Origin: Azolla caroliniana
Taxonomy: Eukaryota; Plantae; Polypodiophyta
Direction of reading: 5' to 3'
Assembly: GCA_043228905.1 (NCBI GenBank)
Contig: JBHGNT010000014.1
Location: 3,782,001-3,846,000, forward strand
Length of the DNA stretch: 64,000 nucleotides
Shown here piece after piece: positions 12,375-25,534 of this stretch (its first letter is position 1; every line of letters begins with the position of its first letter). The notes beneath the pieces are model-generated. The model saw only the letters and a list, made by a program, of their open reading frames with translations, searched no databases and had not been told where the DNA came from. The translations under genes were made by a program, and so were the position numbers.

Positions 12375-15300
12375 TGTCGTGAAGATTTCCGGCTATAGTG
12401 TGAAACCGGGGTGGAATGGGCAAGTCGGTGGTGTGCAACATGTGCACATGTATACTAGGATATGGTGTATAGAAAGAGAGGGGAAATTTTTGTCCCACAT
12501 TGTAAGGTCCCTCCCTCCTTGGGCTATAAAAGGAAGGGAGGGGTCACTTATGAAGGTTGTTGCCTATTTTGTGCGAGTAAGGTATACCACTTAGTCTAGG
12601 GTTCTCCCTCTTCCCATTTCGTTTTAGGGTTAGGGTAAATCGTGATGGAAGCCGGACGGAAGATGGCGAAGTGAGATGCGGCTCAACAAGCCGTCGAAAG
12701 GGTGGTCGATCGAGTCGGCCGATTGAAGGGGGACGATGTCCCGAGGTTCTTGGAAGCGTACGATGCCGAGATGGCGAAAGGGGGCGTGGACGAGGAGATG
12801 CGGCTAGAGTATTTTCCTCGAGTGGCGGCCGCAACGGTGCACAAGGAGGTCAAGGAGCTACGAGAAGCTCACGAGTCGTGGGTGTCCTTGAAGGTAGCCC
12901 TATTGGAAGCGTGCGGATACGTGAAACCGGAGTGGGTATGCCGGCAACCCGATGGGGAGCGGTCGGCAACAACGTGGCCCGCGAGCGGCAGAGAAGAGAG
13001 AGCGGTGAGTGAGTACGCACTACCGCCGGAAGAGAGCTCAATGCAAAACGGTTCGGAGGAGCTCGACCTAGAAGCGCTAATACGAGAGGCATGCGAGCTT
13101 GTGAAGGCGAAAATCGGAGCCGAAGAAGGGCTTGTTATGGAGACGGGCCGGAGGTGATTGGAGGATGCGGAGGAAGAAGCCTCCCTAGACGTAGAAGACG
13201 GGGCCTATACGGAGGCCGGGAGAGCGTACGACGGCGAGATAGGAGAGGGTGCGGAGCAAGCGACCCTCTTGCCTTGCGGTGAAGGGACGGCCATGGAGGC
13301 CGGTAACTACGGATTCGGGACATGGTGGCCCGAAACATCGAGTGAAGAGCGGACAAGCGGCGGTGCCGTGACCTTACACACACCGGTCCTAGAGACTCCG
13401 GCATCCGGCCCGAGAGCCGGTGTGAGACCTAGAGTGACGGACGGTGGCGGCGGCAAGGCGGGCAACCGAGACGACGGCATGGGAGAGATGGTGGTAAGCG
13501 TAATCGAGGTTTGCGGAATCGGAGATGGGGTAGCCGCGGACAACGACGACCGGACGAAAGCGGCTACTGACACAACGAGTGGCGGTGCCGGGTCCTTACC
13601 CACACCAGTCCTAGAGGCTTCGGCGGCCGGCCCGAGTGCCGGCGTGAGACCTAGAGCGACGGGCGGTGGTGGCGGCAAGGCGACCTACCACGGCGACGAA
13701 GAGAACGAGGAAGAGATAGCCACGGACCACGACGTCCAAACGAAGGTGGCTACGATCATGGCATCGGCGAGTAACGGTATCGGGACTTTTTCCACACCTA
13801 TTCTAGAGACTTCGGCAGTCGGCCCCGAGAGCCCACGTGAGACCGGAGAGACGGAAGGTCGCGGCGGCAAAGCGGACGATCGAAACGACGACGAGGAAGG
13901 TCATAGCGGACGGAGGCAAGACCTCTCGACACCGACACCGGAGACTACGGCGGTTGCGCTCGAATGCCAACATAAGACCGGAGAGAAGGGCGGTGGCCGT
14001 GAGGAGGTGTGGCCCGGAGCGAACACGTACGAAGATGAGGACGCGAGGCCCGGAACGGGCATATACGAGAGGACCGACGGAGAGGTCGGGAGCGGCAAAG
14101 AGGAGAGAGTCGGGACCCGACCCGACCGGAAGATGGACCGGTCGATAATCCGACATGACCGGAAGACGACGCGGAAGAACATTGGAGCGGGGTCTGGTCA
14201 ACCGGGCCCGAACCGAAGAAGAGCTGGCAAGGTTGGGTTTTTTCGGACAAACATCTACCGGCCGGTTACGATTACGGAAGGGAGCCGACCAAACCAGGAC
14301 TCGATCGGCCGAGACCGATCCGGGCGAATGGGCCACAACACTCGGTGGGAGCCGGTGAGCACAAGAAGGAGGCCAAGCATGCACAAGGAGTACAACTCGG
14401 TGGGAGGCCAAGAGCGAGAGGGACCCTCCTCACCTATTCTTGAGACTTTGGCGGTTGCGGATCGACGTAAGACCAAAGAGACGGCGGAAGGCGGCGAGGA
14501 GTCGGAGACCGGAACGGACGAGGCTACCGGAACGGGTACCCGGTGCGTGAAGGCAGACGAGCATGGCCAAGATGGCAAGCCGGAGTCGAAAGGGGCTACG
14601 GCAACAAAATACGAAGAGGCCGACGCGGAGGTCGGGACTACAACGAGGGAAGTGTGTAACGCAAACCATGCATTACGGCGTAGAACGGAGCGTGCACTAC
14701 GGTCGGCGAAGGGCCGAGAAGCAAGCATGCACCCGGAAGAGCCGCAACGAGTGACCGACGATGACGGTCGGAGAAAGCCTTCGAGAGGCAAGAGCGGGAC
14801 GACGGGCGGTGCGACGAGACGCCAAGATCGACAGAACGAGACGGGCGTGATCGGCGTGAACGAAGGATTGTGTCTGGGAAAACGGAGGGGATGCGCGGAG
14901 AACAACGGGGTACACACCGGGAAGAGAAAACGCAGCGGCTTCCCGGAGGACATACAAGGCCAAGCGGGCAAAGAGGGTGCAAGTCGAGGCGAGGCGGTAA
15001 CGAGAGCCTCGAGGGACACCGACACGGAGGTCGGGATGACGGTACGCTCTACGGCGAGAGAGCACGACGGGCAAATGAGAGGCAAGGAACGCGGAATGGG
15101 GTCGCCTAAAGGCCAAAGAATGAGCACATATTCGGGGGACAACATCGGCGCACGAGAAGAGCCTATGGAAGGCAAGCGCGGAGCAGGAAGAGCCGACACG
15201 CCAAGGTGTTCGGCATGCGGAGACGATAAAACCAAAGGAGGAACATATGCGGCACGAAAAGGGCGGAATCCGGAGTACGATCGGAGAGTTCAGGATCGCA

Positions 15301-16685
15301 CCCGGAGGACATACGAGCCTTTGCGAGGAATGCGCGCGGCGAGAGACGGAGCGGTGAGGTACCGGTATCGGCGGATGATCGACGAGCATGAAAGGCTATG
15401 TCTTGAGAACCGGAGGAGGTGCGTGAAGAGCAACGGGCTACGCGCGGGGAAGGGGAAGCACGGCTTCCCGGAAGGCATGCGAGGCCAAGCGGGCCAAGAG
15501 GACGAGAGTCGGGATGAAGCGGTAACGGGAGTCGCGAAGGACACTGACATGGTGGTCGGGATGACAGTACGCTCTACGGCGAGAGAGCACGGCGAGCGAG
15601 GGAGAAGCGAGGAGCGCGTAATGAGGTCACCGAGGGACCGAAGAACGAGCGCATGTTCGGGAGACAACAAGGGCACACGGGAAGAGCCTACAGAAGGTGA
15701 GCGCGGAACGGAGGGAATTGGCACGAGGTGTTCGAGACGACGAGAGGATCGAGCCGGAGATAGAACACAAGCGGTACGCGAGGGGCGGAATCCGTCGAGC
15801 AAACAGGGTGACCGAGGGCCTAATCGGAGGACCTACATGGCGGACAAAGTAAGAGTGACCAGATCGGCAATGGCATTCGGGAGGGTCGGTCGAAGAAGAA
15901 GGCGTGAACGTCGGATATGGCGGATCGGATGGAGCCGACGATTCGGGGAAACGCGGTGGACGTGGTGGATCGGATGGAGTCGGCGGGTCAGGGCCGGCAA
16001 GACGGATCGGCGCCAACAAGGGACCGGCAAGGCGGTTGGGTGTCGGTAAGGCGAAGGACCCGGTTGATCACCATCGCCAAAATCTCTCACCCTTTTCCTT
16101 TCTTGGCACATACCGGTGGATGTGCGGTTTGGTGGGGGTGGATGTCGTGAAGATTTCCGGCTATAGTGTGAAACCGGGGTGGAATGGGCAAGTCGGTGGT
16201 GTGCAACATGTGCACATGTATACTAGGATATGGTGTATAGAAAGAGAGGGGAAATTTTTGTCCCACATTGTAAGGTCCCTCCCTCCTTGGGCTATAAAAG
16301 GAAGGGAGGGGTCACTTATGAAGGTTGTTGCCTATTTTGTGCGAGTAAGGTATACCACTTAGTCTAGGGTTCTCCCTCTTCCCATTTCGTTTTAGGGTTA
16401 GGGTTTCGGTTGGGGTTTTCTTCTTGGGTTTCCCTTTAGGGTTTCCGGGTAGTCATTTTGGTGCGGCCATGGCGGCCACCATTGTTGTAACCATTCGTTG
16501 TTTTAATATAACTTGTTGAGCATCTTGCCTCCGCCGATCCCTCCTTCAATGTCGTGATCTTATTCTTTCCTCCTCTCCTCTTGAGCTAAGCCTCCATATT
16601 ATGTCCTATTCTTTCTCCTCCACTCCCTAGTCCAAGACCCCCGCAGTCCCGCCCCTTCTACACGCACGCGCGTAACAACGCGACA
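12375..16685 (+). mobile_element. Non-autonomous gypsy-derived LTR element (truncated 5' LTR 12375-12636; 3' LTR 16143-16685) nested in B
   Basis: 262 bp of LTR look identical at both ends. TGTCG...CGACA termini. 4-bp TSD CCGG; removing it restores the host frame EPENFSEAAKDP. G-rich PPT at ~16127-16142. No pol motifs. Confidence 0.85.
12645..16049 (+). CDS. ~1135-codon frame with 2 in-frame TGA: Gag capsid-like N-terminus plus a long low-complexity, internally repeated tail
   Basis: ORFs 12702-13157 and 13158-16049 share a frame with the ATG at 12645. GRLKGDDVPRFLEAYDAEM aligns with GQFNGKDVSRYLRDYKAEM of element H gag. Confidence 0.55.
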
Positions 16686-19069
16686 CCGGTTCTCAGACTA
16701 TCGCCACCTTCATCATAAAGGAACAATGGTATGCCATATACTCATTGTAGCCGAATAGACTAACCGGGTTTTTCTCTTGGGTGGAACGACGCAACTTCTC
16801 GTTTGCATAGTCTAAGGTTTTCTTCGCTTCATTCGTCCGGATGATTGGGATGTCCAGGCCTTTGAACTCCCTGTGAAGGGAGTGAATTGACTCGTTGTCA
16901 ATTACATCTTTGTATTCCGGCATTTTGGCCTTTCCTTTGTCTAACTCCGGACTTGGTCGAGATGTGCTTTGGTCACTTGGGGGCTCTTGTGCTCCACTCA
17001 GCCTTGTCGTAATCGGACTTTCTTTGAACATGTGTCTGAGTCGAACTTTGTCTTCTATCTCTCGTTCGGCTGATTCCGGGTTGACTGGGGTCGAAATTGG
17101 AGTCGACTCTGGTTCGTACTAGGATGCAAACTCGTCGAAGACAACGTCTCAACTTACTTGAACTTTTCCGGTAGATGGATTCGTTTTGTTTGAGTGAATA
17201 CCCTATGAGGATACGTTTCTCCAACTTCAGGTTGAGTTTTTGTCGCTTCTCGTTGGAAATATGTACATAGGCAATTGAGCCAAATATCTGGACATGTGAT
17301 AGGTCTGGCTTCTTTTCAAAAAACTTCTCATGAGGGATTATGTCATGTACCCCCGAGGTTGTACACTTGTTCATGAGGTAGACGACTGTGTTTGCCGCTT
17401 TTGCCTAGTACAATTTCGGCAGGTTTTTCTCGTTCCTCATGGCCCTTGCTACCTCTACTATGTGCTGATTCCTTCATTCGACTACTCCGTTTTGCTGAGG
17501 TGTGTGTCGGTATGAGAATTCTTGTCGAATTCCTTCCTTTCAGAGGTACACCGTAAACTTGTCTGAGAAGTACTTTTTGCCTCCATCCGATCGAAGGCAT
17601 TGAACATGCCGACTTGTGGCTTTTTCGACTTCATTTTGAAACCTTTGGAAGTGTCCGAACACTTCACTCTTCTGCCACATTGGATAGATCCATACATGCC
17701 TTGAGAAGTCGTTGATGAACGAGACATAATATTGGCATCTGCCAAATGTGGCTGTTTGTGCCAGTCCCCATACATTTGAATGTACGACATCCAGGATCCC
17801 TTTGCTCACATTCCCTTGTTTTGGGGATGGTTGTCGGTGTTGTTTGCCGAATTGGCAGGCTTCACATACACCCGTAATCTTCTTCTCTGTAAATGTCGGA
17901 AGTTCAATTACGACTCCTTTCGACTGCATCCTTTTATTAAGTTTTTGGAGATTAATGTGGCCGATTTTCTTGTGCCACAGTTTCAAGTCGGTTTCGACTT
18001 TGATGTTGTTTGTGAACATGGCGGACTTCACCTCGCTCGACTCGAGGATGAACTTCTGGCCTCGACAACTGTGCACTATGATTTGATCGTCTTTTTCAAT
18101 GAAACACCCTTCATTATCGAACGCACTTGCATGTCTTGTTCTACTATCTGGCCGATTGAGACCAGATTTTTCGTGATGGTTGGGACATGCAAGACGTGTT
18201 TGAGGTAGGTTTGTTTGCCATCATTCCCGAATGGGACATTTTCGATATGCCGAATCGAGTGAGTTGTGTCATCTCCGATTTCAACATAGCCAGGCGGATC
18301 GGGCTTTCGTAATTCTCCTGAACTAATCTTCGTGGGACGTCATATGATTGGATGCTCCCGAGTCGACAAACCATACATTATCAAAAGGAGAGGTGCTTGT
18401 CTCACCTTGTGTTGACATTGAATGCGCTTTGTGCCTCATCATGAACATTTCGCCACGATCGTCATAGTCGGAATTCGAAGCATAGTTAGTGAGTTGTCGG
18501 CTAGTCGAAGTCGATTCTTGTTGCTTCTTTCGGCACTCGTCTTCGTAGTGGTCGAGTTTTCCACAATATCCACATTTGATCGGGTTATTGCGATGGCTTG
18601 GTCTGGCAAGATGGCTCCCCCTTTTGCCAAACCATCTAGGATTGCTCCTACCATCTTGCCATTGGTAGGAGTTGCATGCTCGGGTCAGCTAACTTTGTGG
18701 CCTTCGACTGAATCGACCTTTGTTTCCTCGTCTGAATCCTCTTCTATCATCCGACTGGGAGTAGAGCATCTGACCATCAGGTGCATTGCTCCTTTGTTGG
18801 GCATGATTTTCTTCCACCAATAGTATCGATTGAAGGTCAAAAAAGGAAGGTGGATTCTTCCTTGTGAGAATGGCCGATCTAATTGTGCCAAATCAAGGTG
18901 CTAAGCCACCAAGGCATATTTGCACCATCTATTTATCATCAATGATGATGTTGATTGATCCTAGGGCGTCACACAACTCCTTGATCTTCAAGGTATAGTT
19001 GGTGATGGACATATCCCTCAGTTGCATGTTATTCAGCTCCTGTCGGAGTTGGAGCTTTTGTGCAGCTGT

Positions 19070-19205
19070 TGTCGTGAAGTACGAAAGCTTCACATTAAAA
19101 GTCTACAATAAGATAAATACTTAACTAAAATAACATTTGATAATGTTTTATATATAAAGATAATATTAACAACACATATGATAATATTATATATATGTAA
19201 AGAAA

Positions 19206-19250
<45 letters not shown>

Positions 19251-20167
19251 TAAATATATTATATTACACGAACAAGAGAGGACTTGAACCAATAACCCCA
19301 CCCTATGATTTTCAAATCTTACCATTTACTCTATACTAATAATATATATAAAATAAAGGATTTGTTTCATGATATAAAAACAATGTTACATGTTGTATTC
19401 AATAATATTTGAGAGACTCAAACCCACAACCTCATATACCAAAGTCAACACACCTACCATTAGGCTAGGTCCTTTGTTTTTAAAACTATATTTTCATGTT
19501 TATTATTATTCCATATATTTTTTCATACATGAAAGCTCAAATGAGCGAGATGCCTATCATGCATCACATGTAATGCATGAACGCCAAATGGCGATCATGC
19601 ATCACATGCATTTCATGCACTACATGCATGACTTGTACCCTCCAATGCATCATATGCATGGGGGCACCTATTTAAATAGTGAAAGAGAAGATCAAAGGGG
19701 GAGAGGTATGAGATATCAATCAAATATATATTACATAAGAGATACCATAAAATAGAAAAAGAAAGGAAGAAGTTCAACATAAAGGTGGAGCTCTAGCTTG
19801 GCGATCGTGGTGGTCAACTCTCAACAAGAGGGAGGCAGTTTGAGCCTTATCTTCATCAAAATATTGAAGTGAAGATTGTTGTGGCTTACTATCAAGAAAG
19901 AGAAGAGCGATTATCTTGTGAGACCAAGTTCGAAGGATCAACGATGCTTACAACCACTTTTGTAACTCTTTCATCAAATAATTATAAATCTCTTTTATTC
20001 CTTGAAATATCATTCAATATCCTATCTTGTCATATCTTGTTGATGTCTATTTACTCTATCTCTACTCTTTCGTCTCTTCCGTCCATAATCCCAGTGATTC
20101 CTTCCTCACTTTCACGATATCTTTTGTTTACGCAACGCTATGCTTCTAGGCAAGCCACGCCACGACA
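19070..20167 (+). mobile_element. Solo LTR of the TGTCG...CGACA, 4-bp-TSD gypsy lineage, inserted in gag of B
   Basis: TGTCGTG...CACGACA termini. TSD ctgt/ccgt; removing it restores host ANTAAQKL. It has a TATA at ~19668, a CATG-rich block and a (TA)n tract. Confidence 0.8.
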
Positions 20168-20697
20168 CCGTATTGGCCACAAAAATCTTCTTGAGATTGT
20201 CCCAAGCTTCTTTCGGCATTTTCGACTCTCGAATATAGTCGATCACGTGATCATGAACGCATGATGCAAGGAAATACAAATACGGTTTGTAGCCTGTTCC
20301 CACACTAGGTAGTCGATGTGTGTTGGGTTGGGTTGCGTTTCGTGAGATCCTTCGGTATAGCTCTAGTAACCTTGTCCGACAAGGTCTTGATCCATCTTGT
20401 ATTCCCAAGAGGCAAAGTTTGTCCTGTCGAGCTTCTCCATAGGAAGAACGTTTCCCATCTGAGTATTCATGATGTCGATTTCTTTCTCTGTTGGTTGAAC
20501 CGGTTCTGATGATCGTCGGTGTTGTGATCACAACACAGTTGAGCGAGTTTGATCAGACAACCACACGCTCTAAAACCATCTAAAGAAGGTGAGACGTAGG
20601 TGGTGCTATGCAATAGAAGCGAACTCTATGTGTGTGTGAGTACACGTAAGGCAAGACACACACACACACACACACACACACAGATAGATAGATAGAT

Positions 20698-22503
20698 TAT
20701 ATTATCGTCTTCGGAGGTCAAATATGACCTATGAGACCAAAAATATTACATTTCACGTGATACGTGTGAAAGTGAGTAGTGACTCTCGATGTTCAAGAAC
20801 TTTACCAATGAATGTTGCAATCCAGAGTGCACATTATGGTTGTGAGAGGAATTCATGCAAATATTGGGCTCAGTCGAAGAGATGTGGAAAACATGGTCGA
20901 ATATGATCAAAGGCAGAGCATTGTATCCAAGAGTGATACTCAGACTCATGAACTTGTTTAGGGCAAAGTGTGCATAGCTGACCACTCTCATCACTTGTGC
21001 CCCAACGCCCTGTTTCACATCGCAATGCATGTGAGCTAAGTCACATGGAAGCAATGGTTCGAATGGCAGATAACGGTATGGGCTCTAACATGTATCGATG
21101 TGTACGATTTCCCCGTTCTGCAAAGACTATGGTTTTGTAGTTAGGTGCAACATGTGTAGTATAATGTATGAAGCATGAGCCTCCACATTTGTCCCATGTC
21201 ATGATACATTGGCGTTGCAAAAAGGCCTCATTTACAAAGGAATCTAATGATGCATCATGAAGCAAGTGTCTCGCATCTCATCTACCAAACCATTTTTCTA
21301 TATCTTGCATCCAACCGGAACACAAAATTTTGCTTTTATGCGTCTTTTGGATCTTTTTACTTGCTTCCCACGCAATTCTAGGAAGTCGATGTGAGGGACT
21401 TTTTTGAACCTTAAGCATGTTTTCAAAAACCCTTTCCATGGCCATGATCTCAATGGGAAGCGATACCGTCTCAAGGAGGAGGGTGTAGGGCGTTTGTTTC
21501 TTAACTTGTAGAAACTTTGTAAGAAAATGTTTTTGGACATTTTCAAACTCTTTCCACATAGATTTAAGGATGCTACCGCCCCATAATTTCACCCCATACT
21601 TACACTTAATATCTCCAAGATTGCATATGTTCTCAAATGCATAGTATGCTCGCTTACCCGCCTCTAAGCGGCATGTAGCACATTCATTCCATCTATGATT
21701 CGAAGGAACTTCAAGGCCAAGATATTTGAAGCTTTTGACACATTCAAGTAGCTCATTGTTGTACATAATGCATGGTTTATCTCTTTTTTGGCTCTTCACA
21801 AGCATAATCTTTGTTTTAGAGCTATTGACACTTAATTTAGTATGCATGCAAATTTTTTCCAATGCCTTCATAAGCTTTTGTGCATCTCCTAAAGTATTTG
21901 CAAAAAGCACTACATCATCAGCATATAGCAAAAGCATAATCACAACATTCCCAATGGCAACTTCTTCAACACATTCTTCCTTTGCAAACTTGGTAACCAT
22001 TTCTTCCAATTCATCAATGCATAGACCAAATAGTGTTGGTGAGAGTGGGCATTCTTGCTTAACACCAATAGTGCTTTTGAAAAAATCTAAAAGTTGATCT
22101 CTCATGCACACACAACATATAACCTTCTCATAAATTCGGGAAATTGCAAGCATATATTCACTTGGCACCTCAAGTTCTTCCATTTGCCTCCAAAGATGCT
22201 CACGAGGTACCATATCAAAAGCTTTCTTGAAGTCTACAAAGCAACAATATAAACCTTTACCTCTAAGGCGTCTTTCTTCCATTAATACTCGAAGGGTGAT
22301 AAGGTGATCAATGGTGCTATGGTGTTTCCAAAAGCCAGCTTGTCCATAAGCTCTCTTACCACTTTTTTCAGCCCATACACTTATCTTTGATTCCATTATA
22401 CATCCAAATAGTTTTGCCATTAATGAGCCAACCATGATGGTTCGATAGTTGTTTACATTATTTATATCTCCACCTTTATGTAAAGGTTTGATCCAATTTG
22501 TAG
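20698..22503 (-). mobile_element. 5'-truncated non-LTR retrotransposon LINE-1 (RTE/RTEX-like) inserted in the microsatellite of B's 5' LTR
   Basis: ORF 21278-22435 has QAGF, FVDFKKAFD, GVKQECPLSPTLF, LYADD and FKYLG. It ends in a (TAA)n tail next to (TATC)n. Confidence 0.9.
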
Positions 22504-22696
22504 AAGCTTGAACAAGAAGTTATATATGTATAAAAATAGTATTACATCCAACAGTAACTAAGTTACAAAGGTTGGTTTAAATACCAATTGATATAAGACA
22601 AGTGCCCTTTCTACTAATTACAAAACTAGCCTAGTATGATGTCCACTGACTAGTGTGAACACTATCTCTAAACAAAGTTGAGTTCGATTCTCGACA

Positions 22697-23461
22697 CATA
22701 CATATGAGCTCAACCTTCTAGGTGGTGTCTTAAATATGGCACTTCAATTATCACTCCCTCTTAGTATGTCAACATATCTTGAACAAATTGCACTATATGT
22801 CGAGCATGTGAAGAGAAAGTGATATTCATCCTCCACCATGTCTTCATTGCGTACTTTACATGTCTTCAAATTCCTTACATTTTGATACCATGATGCAACT
22901 TCAATACCTAACTTCTGGGATCGAGTGTGAAGTAGTGTAAGGGCTCTACGAGCATTACTACTAATATGGGTAATGAGATAAGGTTGGATACGATCAATAG
23001 GCTTTCTTGCTTTATATTGAGACCACCATTCAAGGTTGACATTTGCAATGTAGTATTCTAGCTTTGTCCTCTTAGCATCTTCCCACATCATCCATAATGA
23101 TTCCACCAACCTTTCCTCAACCATTACATAATGCATAGCATCACCTTAAAGCTCTAAAAGATCATCCACACCCCATCCTCTAAACCATTTCCTTATGTCA
23201 ACAACCCAACCGGGTGAGAGAATCTTACTCTCATTATTCTTTTGTAACTTACATCCAACATTCCAAGAAAGATATGGTAATTGATGATTTGGCATATTCT
23301 TGACTTTTGTAATGTATTTATATACTCTTTGGAGTGCCAATATTTCTATGGTTCAAACACATGTTTCCAAGAGCATAACCTGGTAAGAGGTAGTGCATTT
23401 AACTCCTAATTGCCTCCTTAAAAACATCTTTTAAAATTTCTCAATCTCATTCCATGCATTA
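22697..23461 (-). mobile_element. LINE-2 C-terminal fragment
   Basis: ORFs 22744-23136 (VEDEYHFLFTC zinc-finger remnant) and 23146-23340, the latter similar to the LINE-1 C-terminus. Confidence 0.75.
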
Positions 23462-24486
23462 TGTTGAAGGGGGTTGAGAGAGTGTGAGGAAGAGAGAGTG
23501 ACACAATATTGAGAGGCAAAACTTCTACTATCCTCATTCATGTCCCCTATGGTGGGGTTATATAGGTACATTACATGAGGGTTCCAAATCAAGAACATCC
23601 AATGAGGCTTGCCGGTTTGTTACATAACCTTCTAAATACTTAGACTCACTTTACAATATTTGCACACATAAATGTGCACGTGTTTACACATATTAATGTA
23701 CTCACACTTTCTCATGTGCACATTTGCACATACACTTACACATGACTTTTAATACAAAGACTTTACACTTATCTATACAGGTACCATCACTTATACACTT
23801 ACAATACCACGGATAATACATATGGCATGCCCGTGGGACAATGCCTTGCATGGGTGAACCCACATGCCTTCAATAAACACGAACATCGTTCCTTGGACTT
23901 GAACTTATGACCGGAACTCCCTCAATCTTCTCCTATCGCGTTGGTCAGAACTCCATTGACTGGAACACGTGTAACACGAACACAACCTCAACGACACAGA
24001 CCTCTTGTTCGGTCGGAACATCCACGAACATAGAAACTTCGGTACTCCTTTTTCTTGTTTTGGTCTTATAATGATGTTTTATGTATGTGTGTGTGTTTCT
24101 TTTATTTTATGTGTGTTATTGTGAGTTTACAAATTTTTTAGATCACCCCTCATGTTTTTAAAAAAAAATATTGGTAATGCCCTTGAGGTTTTTGAAATTT
24201 TGTTTTTCCCCTCGAGCTTTTGAAGTTCTGATAATGGCCTTCGGATTTTAAAATTCCATTTGTGCTCTTGTGTTTTTGAATTTGGTGATGCCCTCATGTT
24301 TTTTGTAATTTCTCTGTATGCCCCTTTCTTTTCTCTTTTCTCGATCTTTCCTCCTATGCTGCATCATATTCTTCTTATGCATCTCTCTGTGTCTTCTTTC
24401 GGTTCTTCCTTTCGTAGAAAAAGACAATGTCTCTACCTCCGTCCTTTCTTTCTTCTTTCTTCTACGGCAAATCACAATCTTTCTTC
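23462..24486. mobile_element. Partial gypsy element K (LTR ~23462-23820, tRNA-Arg-type PBS 23823-23839 on +); probably continues at 54125-54360
   Basis: TGTT start and tggcatgcccgtgggac. The LTR and internal sequence resemble the reverse complement of element I. Confidence 0.65.
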
Positions 24487-25534
24487 TTACGATTCAGAGC
24501 AGAACAGAACAATTCTCTCTTGGCTCTCTGCTCTACTGATTTATAACAGTGGTATCAGAGCTTGGGAGACATGGATAGGAAGCTTTGGAGTTGGAAGCAA
24601 TGAGCGTTGGAGACCTGTATCAGCGGCGTAGGAGATTCGTGCGGCGAGCGTTGGAGTATCGGGCCCGACTGAAGCATCTACTTGTTGTTGGGCATCTCAA
24701 ACATCTTCGACATTGAAGAAAAGAGCCTGTTATTCACAGGTATTTCCCCTGGTTAAATTCTCATGTTTATTCGTCATCTACGAAACATTTCTGGTGGAAA
24801 TAAGCTATGGTGGGAGAGACCCCTACCACATCTGGAAGAGAGATTTGGGATTAGTGTGAATGTATAGCAACACACATGCGTATAGTTTGTGATTTGGGAG
24901 ATGTATGCTAGTCAGCATCGTTGATATTTTGGAAGTTATATGCTTTCAGTGGTGCGTATTATACGCAAGGGTGGTATCAGTCTTTTTTGACAATTTGCAG
25001 CTGATATTTTGGAAGTTGTATGCTTTCACTGGTGCGTGTTACACGCAATATTGGTATCATTTTTTTGACAGTTTTCCATAAGCTAGTCAGTTACTAGTTT
25101 TGTTGCCCAATTGTATTTTGTTGTTTGATATTGTCATTCACTCCCATGGAGTCCGAAATGTTGGATGCATCTAGTAGCACTTCTGTTGGTCGCAATAGTT
25201 CAAGTAAGAACTATTCATTTTTGGGAAAAGACCATATTGAGATTCAGAAATTTGATGGATCTAATTTTGCTTTGTGGAAGAATCAGATGCGTGATGCACT
25301 GGTTCAACAAAGGCAAACCAGGCCTCTAGGCGGCAAAAAGAAGAAACCAGATGATATGGATGACGATGATTGGGAGGAACTTGATGCCTTGACCATGTCC
25401 ACTATAAGACTGCACCTAGTAGATAGTGTTTACTTTACTGTTTTAGACAGTAAAAACTTCGACGAACTTTGGAAAAAGTTATGCAATACCTATGAGAAGG
25501 AAACTGTAGCTAACAAGGTGTATTTGATGAGAAA

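Larger units (their letters stand above)
10308..22696 (-). mobile_element. Decayed Ty1/copia element B (3' LTR 10308-10601; 5' LTR 20579-22696, split by a LINE)
   Basis: TSD catac/catac. Degenerate PBS at 20567-20578, PPT at ~10602-10610. Minus-strand integrase (LWHKKIGH, CLRSDGG), RT (LYVDDL) and RNase H remnants. Confidence 0.9.

Noticed and set aside
12631-12645. Spliced-RNA origin of the truncated 5' LTR
   Set aside because: The 3' LTR keeps U5, which is copied from the RNA 5' end, and the PBS is needed for replication, so a post-insertion deletion is more parsimonious.
13307-16111. Many long minus-strand ORFs (up to 326 aa)
   Set aside because: They are shadows of a GC-rich, strand-skewed repetitive region with no recognisable motifs.
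16390-16445. Interstitial telomere (TTTAGGG/TTAGGG)
   Set aside because: Only 2-3 units, part of the LTR (telo-box-like), not an array.
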